From contig BQFW01000006.1 of NCBI GenBank assembly GCA_020891255.1, forward strand, positions 2,046,001 through 2,110,000: a DNA stretch of 64,000 nucleotides, in the 5' to 3' direction. Shown in pieces: positions 12,535-24,071 of the stretch. The notes below the pieces were generated by a model. It saw only the letters and a program-made list of their open reading frames with translations, was not told where the DNA came from and ran no database searches. The first letter of the stretch is position 1. The number at the start of each line of letters is the position of its first letter. The translations under genes were made by a program, and so were the position numbers. The DNA comes from Entomortierella parvispora E1425. Lineage: Eukaryota > Fungi > Mortierellomycota.

Positions 12535-14129
12535 ATGCAAGTTTCCACTCCTGTTCCACACATTGCGCAGGAAGGTGATTGGGATTGTGGACTAGCCTGC
12601 GTAGCCATGATTGCCAACGCCTTGGGCGCACACCTCTCACTAGCCGAAGTTACCCTCCACTGCTCTGGTACGACCGTCGACTTTGTGCCTTTACACCGTT
12701 ACCATCGTGCCTCTCCACTCACTAACCGTACCCCTTTGGACGCGATGGCCTACGATTGATAGTCGAGTCTGTGTGGACGATCGATCTGGCCTACCTCCTT
12801 CGCAAGCTCTCAAATGACCAAGTTAACCTGCCAAAACTCAACTTTTCAAAACGGACGCATCAACTCATTCCTAATCTATCGCCTGGTCGGGAGGAGGGCT
12901 GGGACTTTTCCTACTACACCAGCACCCTTGGCGTTGATGCGGCCCACTCAAGGGAAAAGTTTTACCGGAAGGTGAGGCATCCATTGTTGGAAAGAAGCTT
13001 TTTCCCATCTGCCCCCTTTTTTTTGTCTGTCGGTTGTGTTGATTATGGGTAGTGGAAGGTTGTCTCCCTTTCTCTCCTTCTTTCGAACCATGCAACTCCA
13101 GCATTTTCCATAATTGTTATTTCTGATCACGTTGAGCTAACCGACGCCATGTCCATCTGTTTTTTTTTTTTTGGATTATTGTAGTCATTTGACGACGACC
13201 AAAAGCGAGTGAATGCTTTGTTCAAGGGCGCCGATGCAGCCAACATTCGAGTGATCGAGCTGTAAGTTGTTCACGTTACTGAGGGGTGCATATCCAAATG
13301 CCATGCCCTGAGCATTTGACCATTGCGCCCAGACGAGTATGTAGCTGATCTAATGGTCTTGTGGTTACTGTTTGCGGGAATGTTGTTTAGGGCTTTACCG
13401 TTGGACGACTTCAAACGATTTCTGTATTGTGGTAAATATGGCATTGTCACCCTTGTCAACCAACGGCTGCTCAAATGCCGGCAATGCCTCGTAAGTCCTC
13501 GCCCGAGAGTTGTCTCAGCTGGTCTTTGATTTCCATGTGCAAACATCAAGTTTCTGACGCAGGGGTCCGCTCTCTTTGCTTGTGTCCTTTGTGGGTGTCA
13601 TGTTTAGGAAAAGTCTGCATTCTGTAATTGCAGCGCAGGAACTCTTGGATCTGTTGCTCAATGGATGAAAGGCTTCCGCTATATCGGTGAGTTGGTTTGC
13701 GCCTTTAGGTTCTGCATGGCATCGTTCCTGAACCAAGTTTGTTTGAAACTAACTAATGCTTTTGTGGATAGGCCATTTTATTGTTTTGGTGGCATATGAC
13801 CCCAACCTGGATTTGTTCTACTATCGAGGTAAGAAGCTGCTCAAGTCGTGGGAATCTCGGTATCATGAGAAGCTCAGGATCCACGCTGACATCCTCCCTT
13901 GGAACTTGACGTTAGATCCCGCAGCTGGAGATGACCTCTGTAGCATCTTGGCCCCGGACCTGGACGATGCCAGAAACTCTAGCGGAACAGACCACGACTG
14001 GTAAGATAGACCACACTCCATCTATTGCAAGCTAACTCGAAACTGCGCAATATGTTTGCAGAGCAAACAAGAGACTAAACCATGTCTTTCCATGTCTTTC
14101 ATTATAGTATTGTCGTCAAAGTAACGTAG
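12535..14129 (+). CDS. GUCD1: GUCD1-like protein (Guanylate_cyc_2 family, C39-like peptidase fold), multi-exon
   Basis: Spliced motifs VPHIAQEGDWDCGLAC, ESVWTIDLAYLL, YYTSTLGV, GHFIVLVAYD, DLDDARNSSGTDHDCIVV. Confidence 0.85.
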
Positions 14130-14620
14130 CGGCTTGGAGTCCTTCGTTCAACCTTCAGACAAGAGTCAGAAATGTACATAACACTACTATACCATCTTCC
14201 TAGCACGGAAATAAAGCCATGCCTCTTCATAATATCTAGGAGCGACGCGTTGCCTAGGGCTGCCCTTTCAACATAATAAAGACAACAGTCGCGCCACAGA
14301 CTTCACCAACCACTCCTTGCAAGAACGTGAGAGCGAAACGGACAACAGAAGAGTTGAGAGCGATGGTTATTCCGTTGGAATGATCCTTGTTGCGCCTGGG
14401 TTGAGATCAGCAACAGCCAGCCAGTGCAGAGCGCCCGAGGGTGAAACTCTGTGTGAGAGCGAGACCCACGCAGCGAAGCCACCCACCAATTGAATACCGG
14501 GGTTTGGAAATGTTCATAAAACCAGGACCTGGGGAGATGCATTGCGCCTCTTTTTTTTTTTTTTTTTTTTTTCTTTTTTCCCCTCACCCCTCCCCTCCCC
14601 ACTCCATCCTTCCCTCCACC

Positions 14621-16556
14621 ATGATCTCTCTCGGTGCCCTGTTGCTCCTCGCTCCCTTTGTCTTCTCGCCTGTTGCTGCCCAGCAGGGTGCCATCAACAG
14701 CCAGGACTGCGTCCAGAACTACGACGCCAACGTTGACTACTTCCCCAGCAAGATCCATGGTATGCACTTTCAAAAAGTCTCTTTGTTCAACAGGGCTAGA
14801 ATCAAAGTTGGCCTTCTTGGACCAGGAAGCCCAACTTCATTCAACAGCGGCTGAAGAAAGAGACGAGACGAACTCTGGATGCCCCGAGGAGAAGAACTTG
14901 GGCAGATGAGCGGGAAACAGGAAAGAGACCATTATTGCGTGCCAGGTATGGTTTTCAAATCCCGATGAACCGAGGATTTGGAGACCGAGAGTCCGAGATG
15001 GGCAGCCCGCTCGGTGAAGTAACAGAGCACCGACCGAAACTCATGGAAGCTCAAGAAAAGGCTCTGATGCAGACGAATCCAAGGGGTGCTGACACGAGTG
15101 AGAGAGAGAGAGAGAGGAGGGATAATCGCGCTCCTTCTCTGCAGACCGCACTCTCGGTGAAAACAAAAACAAAGAGCCTCCACTAACTGACACTTTTTTT
15201 ATTCTTTTGTTCACAATAGTTGACGATGCTGCTCTTTTCAAGGTCCACTACGAGAAGAACTACAAGGTCGTCACGGTCGTCTCTACCGTCCCCCCCGTCT
15301 CGACCAAGGACTACATTCTGACCCAGTGCGGTACCCCTGTCCCTGATGCCAGCAAGTTTGCCAACGGCTCCGTCTTCGTCTCCGTTCCCGTGACCAACGC
15401 TGCCACCATCGCCACCACCCCGATTGCCTTTATTGAGATGTTGGGCAGACGCAACACCTTGAAGCTCGCCGACACTGAGAATTTGGTCAGCTCCCCCTGC
15501 GTCCAGTATGGTCTTGAGAACAACCAGGTCATTGGTCTCGAGGACAAGAACCTTACTCTCCGTGCCGAGCAGTTTGCTAGTGTCGATGTCGTCTTCTCTT
15601 CCTACGGTGCTGAGAAGGGTACCGAGAACAAGACGGTCATCACCTCCGAGGTTTTGGACCCTGGTCCATTGAACGTAAGTCGACTTTTTCCAAATCTTCC
15701 AATTGCTTGTCAGCAAGGCAAAGGATCGCCAAGAGCTCAAAACGTAGAATCCATTATTAACTCTTACACCTTGTGTTTTCAGCGCGCTGAGTGGCTCGAG
15801 TTCTACTCTACCTTCTTCAACTTGGAGGAATCTGCCCAGAACTTGACCGCCACCATCAACAACAACTACAACTGCTTCAAGAAGAGCGCTATTGCCCAGA
15901 CCACCAAGCCCGTCATTGCCTGGACCTCGTACATCGCCCCTTCCGCCTACAACAAGAACACTGCTTCTTGGACCATCTCCCCCGCTCCCTACAAGCAGAT
16001 CCTGTCCACCGATGCCGGTGCCACCTTCTTCAACGGTACCTCCACCGCCACTCCTGCCACCTTCGAGGACAGTGCTGCTTTCCTCGAGACCATCAAGCCC
16101 GTCGATATTATCATTGATGAGACCATGTCTGGCGCTGCCATGTCTGATTTCTTGACCAACTACAATTTAACTGCTGATGCCGACTTCAAGTTCTTGAAGA
16201 ACAAGGCCGTTTACCGTCAGGATGGTCTCGTCAACCCTAACGATGGTCGTGAATGGTTTGGCAGTGCTGTTGTCCAGAACGATGCCGTTCTCCAGGATGT
16301 CATCCGCGCTGTCCACCCCCAGATCTTGCCCGCTGATGTCCCTTACAACTGGATCCGCAACATTGCCAAGAATGAAGCCAAGCAGGTCTTGACCGCTGCT
16401 AACTGCACTGCCAAGGATGCCTCCACGCCCGTTGTTGACCGCGCTCTTGTCTGCTCCAACATGAAGGTTTCGCAGCCCAGCGCTGCCTCCAAGTCCGTGA
16501 TGGCTGGCACCCTGTCCGCTATCCTCGGTCTCTTGGCCGCTGCAATGGCTCTCTAA
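14621..16556 (+). CDS. Secreted/GPI-type Fe/B12 periplasmic-binding-fold protein, CBA1 (cobalamin acquisition protein 1)-like; 3 exons
   Basis: Signal peptide MISLGALLLLAPFVFSPVAA. Motifs VDYFPSK, YEKNYKVV, YILTQCGTPVP, SSPC, GPLN/RAEWLEFYSTFFNLE, DAVLQDVIRAVHP. Hydrophobic C-terminus without cytosolic tail. Introns 14760-15219 (approx.) and 15675-15782. Confidence 0.75.
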
Positions 16557-17486
16557 GCCCGGTACAAGGTTGTCCAACAGCTACCCTGTTCCATTGTTCC
16601 ATATTGCAAGTCCATAACTGCATCTTGCATTGTCATATTACACAACTTACATAGACCCACTTAATAATACAAAAAAGCTATCGAATCGACAGAGTCGTTT
16701 GTTCACATACATTTACATCACATTGATTTATTTTTTTTTCCCTTTGTTCTCCTTGAGAAAAAAAAAAGTGAGCAAAGTGAGAGGGGAGAGAGGCAAGGCC
16801 AGGAATGAGGGTTGTGGAGAAGGAAGGAAGAAGAGGAACGCGGGCACGGGTGTTTCCGGTTTGGGGAACTCAATTGTGGGCCCAAAACTCTGTTGCGGGC
16901 GGTGGACGCGGACGTGGCTGGTGCTCTGCTTCTTCCTGCGGTCCAGCAGAGAGCCAAGGGGAGATTCCGGAAGTGATCCCTGCTTGGCCGCAACGTAAAA
17001 AAAAAAAAAAGAAAAAGAAAAAGAAAAAGAGAAGGATTGAGACTGTGCACTCGGACCGTCGGGCGTCGGTGGGGCCAGGCGAGCGAGAGCAAAGTGGAGG
17101 AGGGGAGGGAGAGAAAGCACATACGGTACTGTATGAACAAAGAGATGGAAGATCCCTGCCCTGCTCGCTCTGAGTCCGAAGTCCAAGATAACAGCCATCG
17201 CAGCTCCATTATCCATCCACACACACACAGACACACACAAATTTTTTTTATCGGTTTTGATCCCCCGCCTATTCAAAACCAAACAGACAGACGACGACGT
17301 TTCCGCTCCCTCCCTTCGTTTTGGCCCTTCACCGTTCCCGTCACTGCGATTCATTTCCAATTAGGATTCCGTTCCTTTGATTTGCATCTCTTCTTTTTTT
17401 TCTTTTCCCCTTCTTTTCCCTCTCTTTCTTCTCTTCCTTCATTCTCCACTCTCTTCTCCCCTCGCTCCACATCTCTTCTAATAGCC

Positions 17487-20175
17487 ATGCTCTCTTCCGT
17501 CTCTCGCTTGGCCATCTCCACCGGCCGTCGCTCCGTCCACCGCGCTGCTGCTCTTGTGCCTTTGGCCAGGGCCACTGCCGCCTACAACGCTGCTGCCTCG
17601 CGCTCCTTCACTGCCTCTGCCAGGTAAAAACACACACACACATACCCTTCTCCCCTTCCCCTCTAATCAAGGAGCGACAACTATCAACTCTGTTTTTCTA
17701 TAATTCTCGACAGCTCGATACCTCACCCAACAAAATTACAAACACAGCTCAATCAAAAGGGAAAAAAATCAGAGCAGGGAGTCTGCTTGGGCGCGCGAAT
17801 TAAAAAATCTGATCTGATCTGGGCTGCCGGGTGGCTCCGCCTCCAGGCACCCGGAGCTACCCAAGTAGCCATATCAGAGATAGGGGAGGAAGTGTTTTCT
17901 TTTTTCGGGTGAAGGAACTCTCAAAGGAGCTTTTTTTCTTTTTCTGGGTGCTTGTTCTTGAGTGAGATCACTCTTTGTGAATGTTTGTTGGTGCGATCTA
18001 GAGCCGTGGGATTTTTTTATCTCTTTTATTTTTGTGTTTGATTTGCGTTATCATGATGTCGACAATCTTGCTATCGGAGGCAACGGTGGGATGAGCGATA
18101 TGTGCAAGAGAGGAAAGAAAAGAAAAAAAGCTCCGCAAAGTTGGAGGCGGACAATACAATACGTATTGGATCCATCCCCTGTTCTGCTTCTGGAACGCGC
18201 CAGCAGGTTGTGTGGCTGAAAGAGGGGTGAAAAACAGCCAGAGAAGGGGAGGGGAGACGGGAACACTGAAGGAGAAGAAACAACCGCTTGAACTTGAGGG
18301 AGATGGGAGCAAGAGAGGTGCTCGATACCACGCTCGATCTGCTCATGCTCATACCAATTGTCCTTTGTCCGGATAAAACAGACTGTACTGACTCTGATCG
18401 CTTCTGGTCTAATCCAATAGCGCTCCCCGCCACATCCTCTCTTCCGCTGCTGTCTCTCTCAAGACCAACATGGCCCGCTACTACAGCTCCAAGAGTACGT
18501 GTTCACGAAGAAATGGTCGCCGGTGTGAAGCCGGCAAGGGCAAGATCCTCTGTGGGCCAATACGTAAACAAAGATTCTAACTCTCGATCTCTCCCCTTTC
18601 AATCTCTCAGGCTACCCTACCCACATCACCATCAACATGCCCGCTCTTTCCCCCACCATGACCCATGGAAACATTGGAACCTGGCAGAAGAAGGTCGGCG
18701 ATGCCGTCGCCCCCGGTGATGTTCTCGTCGAGATTGAGACTGACAAGGCCCAGATGGACTTTGAGTGCCAGGAGGAGGGTTTCATTGCCAAGATTTTGGC
18801 TGACTCTGGATCCAAGGATGTCGATATCAACCGCCCCATCGCCATCATGGTTGAGAACAAGGAGGACATTGAGAAGTTTGCCGACTTTACCGTCGGTGAT
18901 GTCGCTGGTGCCGCTGCCCCCGCTGCTGCCGAGAAGAAGGAGGCCCCCAAGGAGGAGGCTCCCAAGGCCGAGGCTCCCAAGACCGAGTCTGCCAACGCTG
19001 CTCCTTCCCGCTCTGATGCTGGTAAGCTTTCGATGACAGTTGAAAAAATGAAAAAAAAAAAAATGATAGAAAAAAAAGGTTCCGGATGCAGTATCGGATG
19101 GCCACAGGAGACGAACTGAGAGCCACAACATGGAAGAATCGACCTTTTCTGTATAGGCAGAGGCTAATCCCTGTATTACTCTGTCTATAGAGCGCATTTT
19201 TGCCAGCCCCATCGCCAAGAAGATCGCCAACGAGAAGAACCTCTCTCTCGGAGATATTCCCGGCACTGGACCCCACGGCCGCATCTTGAAGGCTGACGTC
19301 GAGGGATTCACCCCTGCCCGTACGTGTTTGGTGGCGTGCATCTCTTTTTTACACTCACAACATTTTGTCCGAATTGCAGTGCTGACGTTTATTCCATCTT
19401 TTATTATTTTTTATTCGCACAAATAGCCAAGGCCGCTGCCTCTGCCCCTGCCCCCAAGGCTGCCGCCCCTGCTGCCGCTGCTGCCGCTGCTTACACCGAC
19501 ATTCCCCTCACCAACATGCGCAAGATCATTGCTCAGCGTTTGACCGAGTCCAAGCAGAACGTCCCTCACTACTACGTTACCGTCGAGATGGAGATGGACA
19601 AGGTCTTGAAGCTCCGCGAGGTCCTCAACAAGCAGTCCGAAGACAAGTACAAGCTCTCTGTCAACGACTTTATCGTCAAGGCCTCTGCCCTTGCTCTCAA
19701 GGCCGTTCCCGAGGCCAACAGCTCCTGGATGAACGACTCTATCAGACAGTACCACAGCTCCGATATCTGCGTCGCCACCTCGACCCCCACTGGCTTGATC
19801 ACCCCCATTGTCGCCAACGCCGAGACCAAGGGTTTGGCCACCATCTCCAACCAGGTCAAGGACCTCGCTTCCCGTGCCCGTGCCAACAAGCTCGCCCCCC
19901 ACGAGTACCAGGGCGGTACCTTCACCATCTCCAACATGGGTATGTACGGCATCAAGCACTTCACTGCCATCATTAACCCTCCCCAGTCCTGCATCTTGGC
20001 CGTCGGTGCTACCGAGAAGCGTGTCGTTCCCGGTGAGGACGGTGATGTCCGTACTGCCTCCATCATGGCTGTCACTTTGAGCTCTGACCACCGCACTGTT
20101 GACGGTGCCGTTGCCGCTCAGTTCTTGAAGTCCTTCAAGGGTTACATGGAGAACCCATTGAAGATGCTTTTGTAA
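17487..20175 (+). CDS. LAT1: Pyruvate dehydrogenase E2, dihydrolipoamide acetyltransferase, mitochondrial
   Basis: Mitochondrial presequence-like first exon; lipoyl domain MPALSPTM...[12 protein letters not shown]; E3-binding [10 protein letters not shown]...GTGPHGRI; catalytic HRTVDGA. Confidence 0.97.
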
Positions 20176-20880
20176 AAAAAACCACACCCCCTACCCACAC
20201 ACACTGCTCGACTCCCCAACCCTATAGATATTACCCTCCCCTCCCCAACCTGATCTGCAGGCGAGCTGCTCGCTGCAATAATGAAGAACCAGCATTTTTA
20301 AACATTTGATATGAAGATGTGCATGGAGACACAAAGGGCAAAGTGGAGGGCACAATCACGTCCAGAGGGCCAACTGACCTGCCAATCTGCTTTCTGGGCG
20401 TTAAGGAATGATTAATGCAAAGAGCCCGAGATTGGCTGCTGGTAGGGCGCACCGGTGAAGGTGATTGTTATTGGATTGCAAAGACAGGGCGCTGACGCGT
20501 CTGGAACTTTGTCAAGGGGGGGGGGGGTTGGGGAGAAGCAGGGTGCAATCCGAGCACACAGCTGGCTGATGAGTAACCGAGAGAAGACATAATGGAAAGG
20601 GGGAGGGAGAGGGGTGGAAGCAAAGAAGGGAGAATCGAATGGAGAGTGATGGAAAGAATGAATGAATGAATGAATGAATGAAAAGAAACGTGCATCGCAT
20701 CGCATCCCTTGACTTCACCGCCACAGTGAATGGCGCCATGAGGGTCAAGAAGAAGGCTCTCGCTCTCTTTTTTTTTTGTTTTTCTTTTTCTTCTTCCATT
20801 CAAGCATTGTCTATTCGTTCCTTTTTCATTCGTACCTTTCCATCCACCTTCTCCTTCACTTCCATTTCATCCTTGACCCG

Positions 20881-23800
20881 ATGGCGTCCAACCTCACCGT
20901 CAACCTCGGCGGAGGCAAGAAGCAGCTCGTCAAGACAACCCCGACCATGATCCTGCGACAGGTCGTCAACTCTGTCTGTGAGAAGCAAGGCTACGCTGAG
21001 CCAGAGACCTACGGCCTAAAGTACGTGTCCATTGCCAGGCGCCATGGGCTATGAGCCATATGTGTCATGGGGTGTTTTGTTGAGTCGTTGGGGAGGTCGT
21101 TGCACCAGTCCTGACATGAGCTCCGCGGAGGAGCGTGCATCTGCATGCACGCATCGCCCATGTTTTGTGTTGTGTTGCCATGTTGTCATGTTGGACCCAT
21201 GCACGCAACCCTGTAAAGCATGCAACGAGCCTTTTGCTCTCTTGGGGCAGAGCATAAGGCCCTGGTGGTGGAGGACCAAACTCTGACGTGATTATTAATC
21301 CTCGCTTCATGCCTTTAAATTCACTTAGGAGCGGAAAGAACTTTCTAGACCTATCACTCTCAATCAGATACGCCAGCATTGCACCAGGCGCAAAGCTGGA
21401 GCTTGCTCGAGTTCCCAAGGACAGATCGGGTAAGGGAAAACATCCACGGACTCACAGGGACAAATAACAAAGAGGCTGTTTTACTTTTTGGGTGGCATGA
21501 TGGGCGGTGAATTTTAATTTCCAGACCAAAAAAAAAAAAAAAATAACAATGGAACATCTTTATTGCTTATCTCGTAGCACCCACCCATGTCGACTTGGCT
21601 TTGCAATTGGAGGATGGAGGCAGGACGATCCGATCGTTTGCAATCACGAGTACACTGTGGGATGTACTCCTTGGATTCGAGGCTGCATCGAATGGGTAAG
21701 GGACCCGACCATGGAAAAGCGGGAGATTAATTGACAGCGAGGATTTCCTCGGGAAATACTGGGAAGGAAAAGCATCGTGGCGAAGACGATCCCGATACGA
21801 TGGCGGAACAAAGTTGACGTGCATGTTATTAACGATCCTATCGCCATTCTCTCTGCTTTGACGGGACACAGAACTCTGAACCTGACACGCCGGACCGCAG
21901 TGCCTCAGCCAACTTCAAAGAATATCTTTTTATTGCAGCGGATCAAGAAGGCGGTCAAGCCTGCGTCGCAGGTGTATCTTCTTCCCGTTGTTATTTTGCT
22001 GGAGCGTGAGGTAATTGATTTGTATGACTTTACTTTTTCTCCCGTCTGGAACCTCTGAATCGACCAATTGCTCATTCTGACTTTGGTGCCTGTATCTTGA
22101 TAGTACGTCTCCATTCCAACCTTGAAAACAACGACATTGCAACTGGCGGGACTACTCAAAGGAAACTCGGTCTTCAGAGTCATGATGCGTTTTACAGATG
22201 CGAGCATCGAAGACTTTATGGAGGAGATTGAAAAGGATTACAGCAAAGCATCTGCCGCTCCAGAATCAGCATCGCCAGCTGCAGGAGCGCAGTCGACCCA
22301 GGATGCAGCTCGAGCATCGTCATCACCACCATCACCCGCTGCTGTAGCTGCTTCTGCGCCATCTGCCGCATCTACCCACGCCCACTCTTCCGCACATCAG
22401 ACTAAACGCACAACGGATAAGACTGCTGGAGAAAAGGATTTTATTATTGCCCAGGAAGCCTACCATGGAGGTTCCTCTGCAGATCTGACAGTCAATCTTC
22501 AGGGACAGGAAGCTCCCACGGGTCGTTCTGGAGACGTAGAGATTCTTTCTCGTGAGGGACATATGGCTGCGCCTGCCCATGGAGCTGTTCCTATGGATAT
22601 TGACCGCCCAACTCCGACCCAAGACATGAATGCCCTCATGGTGCAAGCCAACCAGGAAATTCGCCAGCTTCGAGAGGAGCAAACACAGGCTGCCATGACT
22701 GACCGTGTCAAGAAGCTCTCGAAGGCTTCGGACAGTGATGACAGAGAACGATTTGTGCGTAGTCTTCCACCTGGTGCTGGTCTTATAGAAGAGCCAGCCA
22801 GTAATCAGATGGACATCGATCCTCAGCACCCTCGATCAGAGTCACCCTCTTCAACACTTCCAGATCAGCAGGAACTTGTCCGCCAGATCGCCCATCGTGT
22901 CAGTCAACAACTCCGTGATGCTGAAAAGAGAGGCGATGGCGGCATGGACTATCATGCATTGATTGCGCAGGAAATTGAGAAGGAGCAGCTTGCGGGTTCA
23001 TTACCCACGACCCCAACTGGAAGCCGACAAAACTCTGTGCACAGGAGCAAGGATGAGGGAGATGCTTCCCCTCGCTTGGTTTCTGCCCCTGGATCGCCTC
23101 AAACAAGAGCCTCAGCAAAGACGGGTGAGGAGGAAGCTCCTTTTGATAGAAACGTCAAGGTCTTCCGTCCCCCTGCCGACAACTCGACCCCACTTTCCAA
23201 CCAGAGTAAGTGCTCTCTATAGTATTGTCCTGTTTGCAGATCGCGGTCGAAATTCGCAAGACTGACATATTCACTTTTCCCCCACAAATAGTTGAGCTAC
23301 CCGACGACTTTTATACACTGTCTGCCCAGGATGTGATGAAGCTGATGAACTCTCAAAAGAAACTTCGTGAAGAAGAAGAGAAGCGCGGATTCAAGACTGC
23401 GGCTGTTCGTGCAGAGGAGGAAAAGGCAAAGGAGCGCCGGTATCCCAAGACCGTCATTCGAGTTCGGTTCCCAGATCGAGTTCAGATCCAGGCCACATTC
23501 AAAAGCCAAGAGACGATCGGAGATCTCCGCAAATGGGTTGCAGGTGCTTGTGTTGGCCAGGGCGAGAAGTTTGAACTATGTGAGTATTCTTGTCTCTCGT
23601 TTCTTCATGCCAGGGATATCTTCCGCAAAAAAAAAAAAAAAAAAAAAATTGACATCATCCCCCCTTGTTTCTGGAATCGACTATAATTTAGACACGACAC
23701 CTCCCAAGAAGGTCCTTTCCGACAACAAACAGACGCTTTACCAGGCAGGATTGGCGCCCCAGAGCATTGTTTATTTCTCATGGGCAGACTCAAAGTTGAA

Positions 23801-24071
23801 CTTGAACCCACCCTTCCTGAACGGAGAGCACATGATGAAGCTGCAGGACCTGCCTATTCCTGGACAGGAAGCCGAGACAAACTCTACGAAGCCTGACGGG
23901 AGTGAGGCTTCGTCCTCTGCTGGAGGAGGACAAACACTGGACCGGACAGGATCCATTCCTTTGATTTCACAGTCGGATCGACAGATGAGCCAGCGGATGA
24001 GCACAGACAAGCCTAGCAGTGGCGGCAGCAGCGGAGGTTTCCCTAAATGGATGAAGTTGCCCAAGAAATAA
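20881..24071 (+). CDS. UBX4: TUG/ASPL-like UBX-domain Cdc48/p97 cofactor, multi-exon
   Basis: N-terminal UBL (VKTTPTMILRQVV...LDLSLSIRYASIAPGAKLEL), LPDDFYTLS, UBX domain (RYPKTVIRVRFPDRVQIQATF), C-terminal PKWMKLPKK. Confidence 0.88.

Noticed and set aside
14445-14545. GGGTG...TGAGA...ACCC resembling the TPP riboswitch 5' half upstream of the CBA1-like gene
   Set aside because: The GAACCUGAU...UAAU pyrophosphate arm is missing; no cobalamin riboswitch core was seen here or in intron 1 either.
19411-20187. Long antisense ORFs opposite LAT1 (also 16167-16577, 51222-51794, 58639-59319)
   Set aside because: Expected shadow of strong C-ending codon bias in the sense genes; no domain motifs.
20654-20705. 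(GAAT)n and (GCATC)n / TGCATGCA short arrays recurring near promoters (also ~8726, ~12314, ~24850, ~29833)
   Set aside because: Short microsatellites in inconsistent orientation; cannot be distinguished from background without genome-wide enrichment tests.
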